From NCBI RefSeq assembly GCF_947568905.1, contig NC_079164.1, positions 10,850,001 through 10,914,000 of the forward strand: 64,000 nucleotides of DNA, in the 5' to 3' direction. This DNA is from Ostrea edulis. Its lineage: Eukaryota. Shown piece by piece: positions 1 to 14,183 of the stretch (position 1 is its first letter; every line of letters starts with the position of its first letter). The translations under genes and the position numbers were made by a program. Below the pieces are notes generated by a model, which was given only the letters and a program-made list of their open reading frames with translations, ran no database searches and was not told where the DNA came from.

Positions 1-31
1 CAAGTGCTCTCTAGAAATCTTCAGACGGGTC

Positions 32-1221
32 TTTTTTATACGTCCGTCATTATGGCGCTGCCTGTACGGCTGGCTGGCTGGTTGGCTGTCCGTCCGTCCT
101 GGGTCATGTTTTCCGGACTTTTTTCCGTAACGGATGCATGTACAACTTTGAAATTTGGTCACAATATCTCTCTCAAGAATTGTAAGAGTGAGTTTGCATT
201 CTAGCTGGGTTGGTCCATCATTGACCTATTTTAGGACTATAAGTAGGTCTAACAGTTTCCGGACATTTTTTCGTTACAGATACAGATATTGTCCTGAAAT
301 TTACACATAAGATTCCTTTCAGAGGACAACAAGTTCAGTTTGTATTTTAGCTGGATTGGTCCGTCCGTGCGTGACCTACATTAAGACTAAATGTAGGTCA
401 AACAGTTTTCCGGACTTTTTTCATTATGGATGCAGATATTGTCTAGATATTTAGTCAAGGGCTTTCTCTTGGAGGAATAAAAGTTTGGTTTAAATTGCAT
501 TTCAGCTGGATTGGTCCATCCTTGACCCACTTTTAAACTAAAAATAGGTCAAACAGTTTTCCGGGCTTTCTTCATTATGGATACAGATACTGCCCTGAAA
601 TTTAGTCAAAGGCTTCCTCTTGCAAGAATACAAATTCAGTTTGCATTTCAGCTGGATTGGTCCATCTTTGACCCACTTTTTAGAAGAAAAAAAGGTCAAA
701 TAGTTTTCCGGGCCTTTTTCCACTACGAATACAGATATTGCCCTGATATTTAGTCAAAGGCTTCCTTTCGGAGTAATGTAAGTTCAGTTTGCATTTCAGA
801 TGGATTGGCGCACTATGGCCTACAGTACTTTAGGGGTAGAAGTAGGTCAAACAGTTTTCCAGATGATTTTTTTGGTATGGTCACAGGTATTGCTCTGAAA
901 TTTAGTCACAACCTCCCTTTCAGATAAATACATAATCATTTCACATTTCAACTTAATTGGTGCACCATGACCTACTTTAGGGCTAAAAGTAGATCGAATT
1001 GTTTCCTGAACTTTTTATCATCATAGATAGATATTGCACCGACATTTTGTCACAACCTCACTCTCAGAGAAATGCATAATCAGATCACATGTCAGATGGA
1101 TTGGTGCACCATGACCCACATTAAGGCTTTTCTATTCAGAATGTGTGTTGTATCAATTCAGCATGCACAATATTTTCACTGTCCGACGGGCGTATATCGT
1201 ACCGTCTGCGGTACTCTTGTT
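32..1221 (+). mobile_element. Non-autonomous Helentron/Helitron-associated element (DINE-1/HINE-like) with ~146-bp internal tandem repeats
   Basis: 5' TTTTTATACGTCCGTC and 3' GACGGGCGTATA (1185-1196) form subterminal inverted repeats. They are followed by hairpin GTACCG-TCTG-CGGTAC (1199-1214) and TCTTGTT. There is a GTCC microsatellite near the 5' end and about 7 degenerate internal units (e.g. GCATTTCAGCTGGATTGGTCC at ~497 and ~643). Confidence 0.8.
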
Positions 1222-2407
1222 TCAGGTTATCAAGTCAATCAATAGAAAATGTAGACTAAGCATTGTTTACTCAATAGCATAATATAAATTGGTTGATAAT
1301 TCAAACCCTGTGAAATCTTAAGGCTTGGTTTCAATGGACGAAAAAAATTGTATCCCCGTATTGAATATGTCGTATATTTGGTATTAATCAAATACAATGA
1401 TGAATTCTACTTTGCATTCAATAAAACGTCGATAGCATATATTTGCCAAACATTATGAATGTTGCGTGTGTAAGATGTAGATGTATTAGTGTGTGTACCT
1501 AGTTCTTTACTTATAAAATTTTAATGCATAAAACTCAATCTTCGTTCATTGTACCAATCACGGGTTCCTGTTTTACACAATCATACATATAGAATATTTC
1601 GCGTTATAATGCGAAAGTTATGCGTTTATTCGCGAAAATTTCGCGTTTATTAAAATGTTCGCTTTTATTTGGGAATGGTTTCCGTTATAACTCTGGGAAA
1701 AATCTGCTACGAAAATGAGTTCAACTGACTTTCGTATATAATACATACATTTTCTTTTTTGGAATTTGTGAGATATGTACACAATATGATGTGAACAATT
1801 TGATAAGCAAACATTAGGGATGCTTCAACAATGACTGAAGATGACTCCCTCTGTGATAAAAATACTGACAATATTATAATTGTTGATGCTCTCTGTGTGG
1901 AAATGAGGGTATCGCTACTTCATGCTCATCGAAAGATTGGAACCTGAGGGATGGTGATGCAGACATCTTGGAAGAAGAAAAACACGTTACTAGAATCTTT
2001 TGAAAATCAAAGAGAAAAACTGCAAGAAAACCATATGTCACAGAGATTTTCTTTTTGTTTTAATAAATGCTCATTAGAAACGGTCTCCTCTAGGACTATT
2101 TTGAGGAGTATGTTATTTGTGATGAAAGGCGGTCATATTATTGAGATGGCCTGTTGGAATGAAATGTCAGTCAAAGTTCTGAAAGCTGAATTATATACGA
2201 AAGGGACACGGACTCCAGTCTCAAAGCTAGACCTAGTTACTCATGCACCGTGGATTTGGTATTCAGCTGTTGAGAATTTCTTGTTATATCATGCTTATGG
2301 CACGCCAAATTCACAAAAATGAGCTAAACATAGTTTCACAGTCGATAAACTAGGTTAGTGAAGATGTTGCCGGTGCGCTTTGGCTAACCAGAAATTATTC
2401 TCTTTAA

Positions 2408-2452
2408 AGAAGTCGAGAGGCATAGCGATGAAGGCTATGCCTCTCGACTTCT
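2408..2452. repeat. Perfect 19-bp-arm palindrome, probable transposon relic
   Basis: AGAAGTCGAGAGGCATAGC-GATGAAG-GCTATGCCTCTCGACTTCT. Its reverse-complement half recurs at ~26322-26349. Confidence 0.75.
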
Positions 2453-2978
2453 CTAAAGAGAATAACCAGAAATGTGTGTCAGAAAATCCGACAGCAAAAA
2501 TAACGGCGAAACCTGCATTGTAGAATAGAATAGAATATTTATTCAGCATTACTAGGTTGCATATTGACAATATTACATGATATACATTTATTTTGTTGTC
2601 TTTTCGACTTTTCGTTATTTCGAGGCGAAAAGTCGCTAATTATCGTTTTGTCGACTTTTCGCCTTGAACAGTTGAAAAGACGACAAAACGCTAAACGAAA
2701 AAGACGACAAATTATTGACTATGAGTAGGCCTATGTCAATGTTTCTACATTGACATAGGTATTGAATTTTCATCACAATACTGATTGAAAATGTGCTCCA
2801 CAACAAGTGTGCTATATGGGAAGGGCAGATGGGAAGTAAAGTAAAACAATATCATTGATGTTGTCACAAACACAGTACAGGGGTGATTTACTGGTATACT
2901 CCACGAAATAAGATTGAGTACGAGCTAATATATGCAACTGTGGAACGAGTTAACAAAAGTAATCAAAATGGAGGCAAG

Positions 2979-4763
2979 ATGAACGAGCCGATCCGACGTC
3001 CAGAGCAAGTGTCGCCAAAATCAAGCCCCCGAGGGTCCCGATCACCGGCGTACCCCCGCCCTGACTCTTCGGGGACTCTGAAAACAACAATAAGTCTGGG
3101 AAGAGGAGTACCATCAGTTATTCATTCCGGTCCATTTTATCTTGTGAAAGACATTGGACCAACACGTATGTCAATATAGCATTTAAATCTATCATTATAA
3201 CATTCTGTCTGCCTTATTAGTTTATATTATTAAGATAATATAATGTAAAATTTTAGTTTTATCAGTATATCTAATTTTACTCATATAAGAATAAACTTAC
3301 GGGAAAATATGGGGGAAAAAACTTGCTTTCTAAAATTCGAAATTTCGTTTTAAAAGGTCATCTAAACAAAAATGTAAACATTGAAAACTATTTCTTCGCA
3401 AAGAGCTCACATTTAGATCTATACAATTATCAACCATATTTTTGTGCTATTTGATACCACATGGTGTACGATTTTGTATACATGTATGCAGTGATTTTTC
3501 AATGGGGTCCTGTGGCTTTCAACAGGTTGGGAACACTTCCCCTATAGCGAGATATTCTCGCTAAAACGCGATTATCCTTCTCTAGCGAGAATAAATATAT
3601 CCCGTACAACCAAGAAAAACACCCGTGGAGTACATCTCTTCGTGTTTCACTCGAAAAAAAGAAAAAGTGCTAAAATGTCCGATACTTCTGCAAATATATT
3701 AATCAAAACAAAAACACTCACGATGTGTATTGGATTTCAGACTGCTTCCCTCTTACGCAGCAACTTTGATATGCAATTTCATGACTATGTTGTCAATTTC
3801 ATAGAAACAATTCGCATCATGTTGAATGCGTGTCGCACTTATTCAGCGTTGCACAGGATTTGCCATTATTTTCAATAAAGACGCCAAAAACACCTGGTTT
3901 ATGGTAATGTTTATTTCTCGCTAAAGAGGGATTATCGCGTTTTAGCGAGAATATCTCGCTATAGGGGAAGTGTTCCCAACCTGTTCAAATGGGATACATT
4001 GTTCACGGTGCAACACGAGTTATTTCCCCCTGAATACAGGGGGCGCACAACACGATAGGGTCCTCAAGCGATTGCATCATTAATATAAGGGATAGATAGA
4101 AAATTTACTATTTCTGAATGTTATCAAGTGCCAGTTAAGGAATTTTGTAGAAATTAAGTGTAATTACTGACAAACAATATGACTGTACAAAATTCTTAGT
4201 CATTTATTATATTTATGTGTCCCGTATGTGATTTTTCGCAATCCACGGTATCTCAGATATGATCAGAGTAACAAGGATGAGCAATTCTTCATTATTACTT
4301 TTTATCAATACATGTATTATCGACGACCAAAAAACTATAATGAATATGTCAGAATTACATGTGCAACCAACGCATGCAATCATTAACTTGTAATCCCTTC
4401 ACACTGCGGACAAAAATATGTACTACATTAATTGATCCATCAATTTTTCTGTTGACATCTTTTTTCTAACTTACGCGAGTGAAATTTAATGTTTGTGTAA
4501 ATCAACTTAACCGAAGTACACACAAAAAAATCGTCAAGCGGGCAGCAATGAAGAGAGTGGAAGGAGGGCTGCCCTATTTTTTTCGACGATTTACTTTTTC
4601 TGTGATCCTTAGTCATTACATGCGAAGTTTGTTTTTTTAACAAGCAAAGTTTGATCTATAGGTTGCCCCTTTTTTATATAAAAGTATTGAATTATAGTGG
4701 AACTATAGAATTTAAGGGACAAAAGAATTGAATTTCAGGACTAACCTCGCCGGATCTTAACAA

Positions 4764-4794
<31 letters not shown>

Positions 4795-7700
4795 CTGTGC
4801 TGCACCTTTGTTCACAGTTTTGTGTGTGGAACATACCACATTGAAAAATATTTGATATATTCACACAAATATAGTAGAAGTTCTCCATTATCTCATACTT
4901 CTCGTGAAACTAACAAAACAAAAAGTTTCTGGTTCTGCTTCGTTTGAGTTACTTGAAATAATTTATTTTTGCGAATGTATTTAATGCATGTTTGAAAGCA
5001 GAATTTTTTTTTTTAAAAATGGGGCTCTTAAAAGCAGTCTTTGCTAAAGACAACAAACTGCCTGGCTTGAATTGTTTTGGTTAGTCTAATTAATTTCATT
5101 TTATGTAGCATGATATACCATTAGATAATGATGTATTGTTGCAAGTCTTCTCAAATTGTAATTCAAAAAACTTTCACATTTACTGAATTTACTTTTCTTT
5201 TTGGAGCAGATCCATCAATTATCACGGGAAGTAACAACCTCATGATTCACTATGGACTCCAGAACTCGTTCAGCAAGTTCTGTAAGAAGGAGGGGAAAGA
5301 GGAACTCAGTGCATTTCTGCCGAACCTCCCAGGGTATATAGACACTCCAGGAATGCAGGATAACAGGTAACATCAAACATTTTAAATTTTAGATGGAATT
5401 TAGTGTGAAAAGCAAAGTTTGATATTTAGAAATGGTATTATTTAGATTTTGTGACGACTGATGATATACATAAAGAACACTGCTACAAAAATGTCATAAA
5501 AGGTTTTTAAATGTTTCAGTTCTTTGAGGTCCTTAATAGAAAACCCACCAAAGACCAGTAAGGAATTGGTGCCTTTATTAGGATCTTCACTGCAGGGATT
5601 CCGGTTACACCCCGGACCAGTAAGAGAGAGAGAGAGAGAGATTTTGTTTTGAAAGAAAAAGTATCTAAAGATCTAAAGAGATACACATGTGTTTGTTTAG
5701 ATGACCTAGAAAAGTTTTACCTGATCCAAATACACCAAATGAGCTTCTACGATCTCTAGAAATCTCTGTTTAATTGTGTATTTTTTTGCTTCTATTCAAT
5801 CAGAAACAACAAAATAGTTTTTGTTCAGATGAGACATGTTAGATGGCAAAATGTATGACTGCTTAGTAATGGGTATGTTCAAATGAAGAGTCTGGCATCC
5901 ATGCTTCCGGTCCATGACTGGAATCAGTGTCGGGTGGGGGTTTTTTTTTGGGGGGGGGGGGGGGGGTATTTTGGTCTTTAGACAGGGTAGTTTTCAGACT
6001 GTAACTGATTCAGAAGTCAATTTCCATCCAGAACATTATATGCAAACTCTTTGTGAGACAAAGGCGTGCTCAATGGTCACACAGAGACCCTAAACTTATG
6101 AATATAATTTCTTTACACTTACAATTGAATTGCTGGGGTGGCTTGGTATCAGTGACCTCAACCTCATCTTAAGGGAAAGGAGACTCTGCTGGTATGGCCA
6201 TGTTGTCAGATTCAGCAGTGCAGTCAAGTACGCTCTAAACATACAAGTTCCTGGTAGACTTAGAGTTGGTCGGCCAATGCTATCATGGAGAGAGCTGATG
6301 GAGAAAGATCGAAGAAAATGGAAGCTTTCTACTGCCGACCCTCATGACCAGAAAAAATGGAGATCTGAGGTGAGATCTGCCATGAGTGCAGCCAGCCAGA
6401 TACGTGGAAGGGGGTCGACTAGTGTGGACAATACCCATACATCTGCACGTAAATAAAAATAAACCAACAACGAACAACCTATAAACTTGAAGCTTCACAG
6501 AAAGAATCCCAATTTCATGAAGAAATGCTTGGTTCAATTGGAAGGTCAATCATACAGGAATACGACTTTGAAAGTCACAAAATACCATACAGAGTCTATG
6601 AAAGATTTTTCCATATTGATTTAGGGTCAAAAGTTCAAAGGACAAGCTCGCAGTACACTGACTTAATAGCATGATTTTAATCCTATTTTTGTTATTAAAG
6701 TCATTGAATTTCACACTGACTGCCCTCAAGACAAAAATGTTTTCCATTGATTTTAGGGAGAAAATAACAAATTATAGGAAAATAGCTTTTTTTTTCGCAC
6801 ATGGATTGCATCTGGACCCAGAGGTAGATATGTGATAGGCACCATACCATGTAAGAGTAGAGGTATGAAAGTGGGGTCAACTGTGCACAATTTCAATTAA
6901 TATGTCTATGTTTGAATTTGACTTGCAGTGGGTGAGTGCCATTAGTTCTAGTAAAACAGCTGTTTAGTATTTGTCCAATTATTGTCTTTTGCTTTATTTG
7001 AGGCCACAATAAGGCATCCGAAGTTCATTCGTCAGTAAGAGCAAGCTGACACAGGTGAACATTGTGGTTCATAGGCATTGTTATAGGGTTTAAAAGCTAT
7101 GAATATAATATCATTTATATTGATGATGCACAATCATTTTTCAGCTTCCTGAACAATATAGATTTATGAGCCATATGCCCAAAAAGAAACACAAATTAAA
7201 GAAAAGACGGGAAGAAAAGCCGGGAAATATGCCGGATACACAAGGTGAGACTGAATCATCTAAAGAGAATGAAACCATTGAATAGATCATATTTATCCCC
7301 TCACAACATAGTTGTGCAGAAAAAAGTGTGTTATTGGTTCATTCATATGATCAAGCATTTGTGCATTGTACATTTGAATTCATGTAAATGTTCAATCTAA
7401 AGTCACATTTTCATTTTTAACCAAATGCTCATTTCTATTTTGCATTATGATCTGGTGCCTTTTTGTCAAGAAATGGAAATTTCTTATTTTCTTTTGGTCA
7501 TTGATTGTGATTTCAAGAGTAAATTTGATCAGATTTCAGTGATGCTTGCGTGGATGCTTTCTTTTAGAACAAGAGGCCTGCAGGTCTTATCGGTCACTTG
7601 AGTTAAAAGTATTACTAGCACCAAGGGCTACAAAATTTATAATAATTTTCTTGTTCTGCATATGTAAAATAATTTTTGATATTCAACAGCAGAACACCCC

Positions 7701-9845
7701 CAAATTTTACCTGTATCCTGATCAATTGTAAGTCTTCTGTCAATTAAACATTTAACAATGACCTCAGGTGGAGTGACATCTGTAGAAACTGTGGTCTGGA
7801 GCTACCCCAGAGAGGTGTTTTGATAACAATAACAGTCAGTACCTACCAGCATTCTTTAGATCTCAAGGAAGCCATCTGGTAGTTTGACCTGTCCACAATT
7901 GCTATTTTCTCCTAATTAATTTTTTTAAGTCCCCTGAACAATGCAATTTTAATATAACTGCATTTTTTTTCCTCCTCTATATACATGCATTATAAGTTAC
8001 AATAAAAAATCAAGTGATAATTTGCACATTAATTTCTGAAATTTATGATAGCTCTATATTTATAAAAGAAATTATTCATTGAGCCAATGACTGAGAGAAA
8101 GAGAGAAAGAGGGGGTGGGTTTGTCAGCTACAGTTAGGGATACAACCATTATACAAACACTAAGACCAAAGAAACTCTGCAGATGGCCAAGAGACATATC
8201 CTGTGTATATCAAAAGTATAGACAACACCCTGATCTCTCAGCCAGGTAAATAACAATGACCATAAATGAGCTCTGTCCACATCCAGTGATCCGTGAAGAA
8301 ACCATATGGTATTTTGTGGGGAGGGGGGTCTTTAAGCCTTAGAGTCAAAATCCCAGGGTTGCATAGTTCACAAATTTCGTACCTCCCTTCTGTTTTTGCT
8401 ACATATCCATTTAGTTTTTATATAGTATCAGCAAAATTGAAGACATCTTTCAAATGATAAAGACATTTAAGGAGGAATAACACATCATCGTTATGGCTGA
8501 CTTCATTTTGAAACATGAATGAAAATATAAATATCAGTAATATTTGTACATTCCTTTTAAATTTGATTGCCTAGGTGGATAGTGTCAGATGCTGATCTTG
8601 GGGTTCAAATTTAGCAGATTACTTTCTACTAAAATTACATTTCTTAACTAAACAAGGTAAATTTGAAAGTTTACAATTTCAAAATATTATTTTTGGCCCC
8701 ACCCAGGTACCAAAACCCCATACCCCTGTTGAAATTATGGTAAAGGGCTACCTGCTCCTTATAATATCCATTTAGTTTCAACTTAGTATCAACTAGTTCT
8801 AATTGTAACGGGGACCGTTACAGATGTTCCCCAAACCTCCCCCAATTAAAAAGTGATGTCCTTGTGAATCTATAGGAAAAAATCATTTTATTTTAGCCTT
8901 TAATTACATGTAGTACGTTCAATATGGTCATTTCAGTACCAAGAAATGAAAGAAAGCGTTGCACGTGCATACACGCACACGCGTGTATGATTCCGAATTT
9001 TTGTTGATGTCGTTCAACAGGCATTTGTATCATATACCCACAGTATGAATTTCATAACGTTTCCACCAAATATAAGGAAGTTATAGCGATTTTAAAATCG
9101 TCCAATCAGAAATCAGCACACGTGCATGCACGTGATGAGCAGTAATTCTAACCACAGCAATTTGTAAGGAGTACCAAGATACATCTAAACCCCTAATATG
9201 AATAGAATTTGATGAAAAACAAAAACGTTATCGTCCTTTAAAAATTGAACATTTAAAAACCGTTGCACGCGCATGCGCGTGGGCATTTTTTGTTACACCA
9301 ACATATAGATACACATATTGTCTACATATGCTGTGAATATCATCTCATTCGCTTCATAAATAAGATAGTTACAAACGTTTTAGCATTATCCAATCAAAAT
9401 GAAGTGCATGCGCGTGCAAATTGGTAATTTTGACTATGTAAATCAGTTAAGGGTCTCAATATCTACCTATGATATGAATTTCAAGCCATTTCAATGAACA
9501 ACAAAAAAGTTAGACTGATTCCAAAGTTAGCGTACAAATTTTGTAATGCGCGTGCACGCGCATGCGTGCGCGTGCTGGCAAAATAACTATTATTTTTCAT
9601 ATGTACAAATGATATACTATCATCCTATTTAGGTTTTATATCGCTTCCTTCAATATTCTGATTTTCCATTTTTTGTACCAAAATTGCAATGCACGTGCGC
9701 GCGCGTGCATGCACGTGCAAACAAAATGACTATCACTATGCACATCTACAAAAGCTATACTATCATCCTGGAAAGTTTCATATCGATCCCTTTTGTAGTT
9801 TCTGAGAACACTACCGGACAAAAAAGTACCGGAGAAAAAGAATAA

Positions 9846-9895
<50 letters not shown>

Positions 9896-10397
9896 TGTTG
9901 ATGCACTCGGAGTTAAAAAAAAAAAAAAAAGACAAATGAGTCCCAATTTAGTTTCCGACTTTAAGACACTTTAGATATAATCAATTTTTCATATCATAAG
10001 CTTCTGAAGCAAAGTTGCGGTGAAATTCGACTCTCCAGGCGAGCCATAAGGCCCGTGGGCCTATTTCTTGATGTCATTTGTTAGCCCTCTATAGACTCAA
10101 CAACTTTAGTTCTATATGTCTTTACAAAATATTTACCTGTAAAAAGTTATTGAGATCGACCGATATCGACAAAAAATCGACTCTACAGGCGAGCCATTAG
10201 GACCATAGGCCTATTTCTTGATATCAATCGATAGATCTCGATAAACTGAACAACTTTTGTTCAATATGTCCTTACAAAATATTTACCAGTTACAAGTTTT
10301 TGAAATCGACTGATATCGACAAAAATCGACTCTACAGGCGAGCCATGAGGCCCACAGACCCAATTTTTGATATTGATCGATAGGTTATGACACATTG

Positions 10398-10428
<31 letters not shown>

Positions 10429-10832
10429 AATATGTCGTTTTAAAGATATGAGGCGTCAAATATTTACGATTTTGGCCCTTAAAATCTCTAATTACGTAAC
10501 ATATGACCTACTTTTTGATTTGATAAGATCAAGCTCGTTGAGATGAACATTTCCGCTTCTACAACTTATTATAAAATATTAATACTTTCTGAGATATTCT
10601 CAAAAACATTTGGACCCTTCTGAACCCCTAATTTAAAGGGCCAGCCCGTTTTGCTTGATATCGTAAGAAAGGCCTTGTCATTTTAAACATTTTTTGCTCA
10701 ACAAGTATTTAGAAATTCTTTACCGTTCTCGAGTTATCTCTACAAGAAATATTTAGGGGCCAAACTGTAGCTCCCTAACGGGGCCACATAGGGAAAAAAC
10801 GAAATGTACATATTGTTTAGATTATCATTCTG

Positions 10833-10864
<32 letters not shown>

Positions 10865-10914
10865 ATTTGTCGTTTTCAAGATATGAGGCGTCAATTATTT
10901 ATGATTTTGGCCCT

Positions 10915-10945
<31 letters not shown>

Positions 10946-11349
10946 CTTTTTGATTTGATAAGAACAAGCTCGTTTAGATGAACATTTCCGCTTCAATGAC
11001 TTATTACAAAATATTAATAGTTTCTGAGATCTTCTCATAAACCTTTGGACCCTTCTGGGCCCCTAATTTTAAGGGTCAGCCCCTTTTGCTTGATATCGTA
11101 AGAAAGGTCATGACATTTCAAACATTTTTTGTTCAACAAGTATTTAGAAATTCTTTACCGTTCTCGAGTTATTTCTAGAAGTAATTTTTAGGGGCCAAAC
11201 TGTAGCTCCCTAACGGGGCCACATAGGGTAAAAACGAAATATGCATATTGTTCAGATCATCATTCTGAACAACTTTTGTTCTTTATTGCTTTTCAAAATA
11301 TTTGTCGTTTTCGAGATACAAGGGGTAAAAAATTTATGGTTTTGGCCCT

Positions 11350-11380
<31 letters not shown>

Positions 11381-13376
11381 AATTTTTATATGAATAGATT
11401 TGGATTGTTGAGATGAACATTTTTTGTTCTTTGACTTATACCAAAATATTAACGATTTTTGAGATATTTGATCTAGACTTTGAGCCCTTCTAGATCCCTA
11501 ATTTAAGGGGCTAGCCCCTAAATCTTGATATTTTCGAAAAGATCTCGTAAATGTGCACAACTTTTGTTCTACGTGTCTTAACAAAATATTTGCAAGAAAA
11601 AAGATATTGGAGATCAAAGGTCAAAACTCGCCGAAATCGGCGAAAAATTTTGGCATCCATTTTTTCAGGTCCAGGCGAGCGTTTAGGCAAATCGCCTCCG
11701 GTAAAATCGAATCCCCCACAAATCTTCTAAAATGTTTACTCTATCTTGTGTAGAAATTTCAAGACTCTAGCTTCAAAACTAACGGAGGAGATGCGTGGAC
11801 AACAAGACCCTTCAAAAAGTCACTAAAAGAGAGATAACTCCTGAACGGAAGTGACGTCAAGCACGAAATTTTGCAAGCAAAGTCTCGTCACCAAAAGACA
11901 CCTTTCCTGAAAATTTCGTGAAAATCGATCGAGAAATGGCTGAGAAAAACGCGTGTACTACCAAGGAAAATAATAATAATAATAATAATGAAGAAGAAGA
12001 ACGCGAACAATAATAGTAAGGTCTTCCGCAGGAGACGGAAGACCTTAATAATAATAATAATGAAGAAGAAGAACGCGAACAATAATAGTAAGGTCTTCCG
12101 CAGGAGACGGAAGACCTTAATAATAAGAAGAAACAGAGTAAAAACAATATGTTCCCAAACTTTGTTTGGGGAACATAATAACATTAAAGATGTTATTTAT
12201 CATAATGAATGTTATTTATTATAATAGATGTTTTACAAATATTAAATCACTATATGTTAAGTTTGGCCCTTCCCTCAAGTCAGAATCTTTACCCCCAGGG
12301 TCATGAAATTTACGACTTTGGTAGAGACTGTCCTATTTTACATGGCTATGCATTCAGTTGTCTTACAGATGTGCTGTTGTACAGAAAAAGAATTATCACA
12401 ATTGGTAAATTTTTGCCCCACCCTTATAGCCCTATGGGTGCAGGGGTCCTAAAATTTAAAAATTATGTTTCCCTTGTCTTATAGACACTTCATACCAAAT
12501 TTGGAAAGAACTGGAAGGGTAGTTATTAAGAAAAATTTAATATTCAATTGTTGATGCACAGCAGACGACAACAGAAGCAGCCCAATAACAATAAGTCACC
12601 TGACTAACTGAAGTGACCTAAAATTCTGGTTGCTTTGGACATTCAGAATTCAGATCAAAGGTGGAGAGTTTCAAGTGTCCGTCCTTAAGTAGAATGATTC
12701 TTTATCATCAAGATACAGTCTACTCCACTTATATTGAAGTCATTAATACTGAACTGTCTGTTATATTTAACTTTAAATAAGGATAAAATGAACAATTCAG
12801 GTATGTCCCCAGAATTTCAATATATCCGGAGTAGACTGTAGCTGGCAGCTAGTAGCTAACTTTCCTTTGTATAAATAGCCAGTTAGACTGTAAAATGTAA
12901 AAGATGATTTGCCTTGATAATAAATGTAGAGTATCATATATAAATGCAGAGTATTATATTCACAGATAATTCTCCCGAAGTGAAAACCAAGAAAGTTAAA
13001 ACAGAAGAGAACCTTAAAAAGAAGAAGAAGAAGAAAAATAAAAAGAAAGCAAAAGAAAAAGATGATGGTAAGTCATTCTTAATGAACTGAAAGTTTTCTC
13101 TGTTTTTGTTTAATTCAAAAATGAATTTGATTTTTGAAATACATACAGTTGAACTTTGGTATCTCAGACACCGATATCTTGAATATCATGGATACGTTAA
13201 AGTGATTCGGAAGTCCCAATTATTAATTCTGTAAGTATTTTAACCTCAATATCTTGAATCCTAGGATGTCTCGGAGGTTTTTCTTGGTGCCATTGAGTTG
13301 GAGATAACGAGGTTTGACTGTATATATAATTCATATCTGAATCATTAACAATTTCCTTTCAGATGGCCAGTCCTGA
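2979..13376 (+). CDS. MED19: Mediator of RNA polymerase II transcription subunit 19 (6 coding exons, ~219 aa)
   Basis: Exons 2979-3165, 5210(or 5207)-5366, 5520-5619, 7145-7244, 12966-13067, 13363-13376, all GT-AG and phase-consistent. The protein contains GPFYLV..., ITGSNNLMIHYGL...FLPNLPGYIDTPG.QDNSSLRSLIENPP, GFRLHPGPLPEQYR and a Lys-rich tail, matching the Med19 family. AATAAA at ~13547. Confidence 0.93.
3523..3983. mobile_element. MITE with ~70-bp TIRs, CAGG termini and 5-bp TSD (hAT5-like)
   Basis: CAGGTTGGGAACACTTCCCCTATAGCGAGATATTCTCGCTAAAACGCG... and its reverse complement ending at 3983. TTCAA flanks both sides (3518-3522, 3984-3988). Confidence 0.8.
6130..6460 (+). mobile_element. 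5'-truncated RTE-clade LINE 3' fragment in MED19 intron 3
   Basis: The translation RERRLCWYGHVVR...GRLRVGRPMLSWRELMEKD matches the RRLRWFGHV.R / GRP..TW C-terminal motifs of RTE ORF2. An A-rich tail follows. Confidence 0.75.
8890..12125 (-). mobile_element. Composite of non-autonomous Helentron/Helitron-like elements in MED19 intron 4
   Basis: Terminal hairpin AGGTCTTCCG-CAGGAGA-CGGAAGACCT with (AAT)n, duplicated at ~12020-12050 and ~12090-12120. Matching AGGTCTTCCG, a CTCGTTGC hairpin and CTAG at ~9848-9890. Three ~434-bp direct repeats (starts ~10397, 10831, 11266), ~150-bp repeats at 10020-10400, and CACGCGCATGCGCGTG palindromes in 8960-9720. Confidence 0.65.
13146..13320. mobile_element. 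Tc1/mariner (pogo/Tigger-like) MITE
   Basis: TA-CAGTTGAAC...TTTGACTG-TA, with imperfect TIRs and a TA TSD. Confidence 0.65.
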
Positions 13377-13618
13377 AGGTCCTCAATATAGTGAATAACT
13401 GGGTATTGTGAATAAACTATGGCAGCAGCAGTGTTCTTTGTATATTTTGGTTACAGTCAGACAGAACCACTTTCTACTTGTACATCGAGTGTGTGCAGAG
13501 TATGCATGGGTGAATGAAGACAATGGCAATGAATTTACTTGAATGTAAGAATAAAATGTGTGAATTGTTTTATGGTGTTTTTTTTTTTTTATATAATTTA
13601 ATCACATAATATCACTGA

Positions 13619-13815
13619 ATATCGAGCTCCAGGCAGACCAAAGATGGTGTGGGAAGATTTAGTAAATTGAGACCTAGAGTCCACAGGGTTGGATAATGTC
13701 AATTCACAGGATCACCAAGTATGGAAACAATTAAGACTTCGATCTTGACAGGACAACCAGGCCTCACCCTAGCAAAAGGATTAATAAAAGGCCTGGATAA
13801 TCAAAATGAATGACA
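13619..13815 (+). mobile_element. Degenerate RTE-like LINE 3' end downstream of MED19
   Basis: Translates as RAPGRPKMVWEDLVN*DL, the GRPK.TW.D.V..DL motif, with stops. Confidence 0.5.
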
Positions 13816-14183
13816 ATGACATTTTGATTTATATGATTTCATTGTGTGACAATTTCAATCCCCTCAATGTAAGAATTAAGAGTAGATGTTGACAGGATTT
13901 TTTGCTGTCCAGAAAAAGCCAAACATTTGACAAATGAATTGACAGACCAAGGGAGGTTTGGTTACATATATTCTTGGAAAGTTACACTTTTGCTCATTTA
14001 GAGTATCTACACGTAACTTGCGTCTTGAGATGAGGTGCATATATTGACCAGAAAAAATTTGACCTTCATAATCCACATCATTTTACGTTAGTATTTAATA
14101 TCACAAAATGAATCTTGGGCAACAATTCGCAAGAACTTGAATTTGTGAGTAGTTTGTGCATATATTGCTGTAACATAAAAATA

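Noticed and set aside
1951-2322. 123-aa ORF upstream of MED19
   Set aside because: No recognisable motif, no splice partners, and neighbouring frames are riddled with stops. At most a decayed TE fragment.
11857-12224. Overlapping repetitive ORFs on both strands
   Set aside because: Artefacts of (AAT)n/(GAA)n and a duplicated transposon end.
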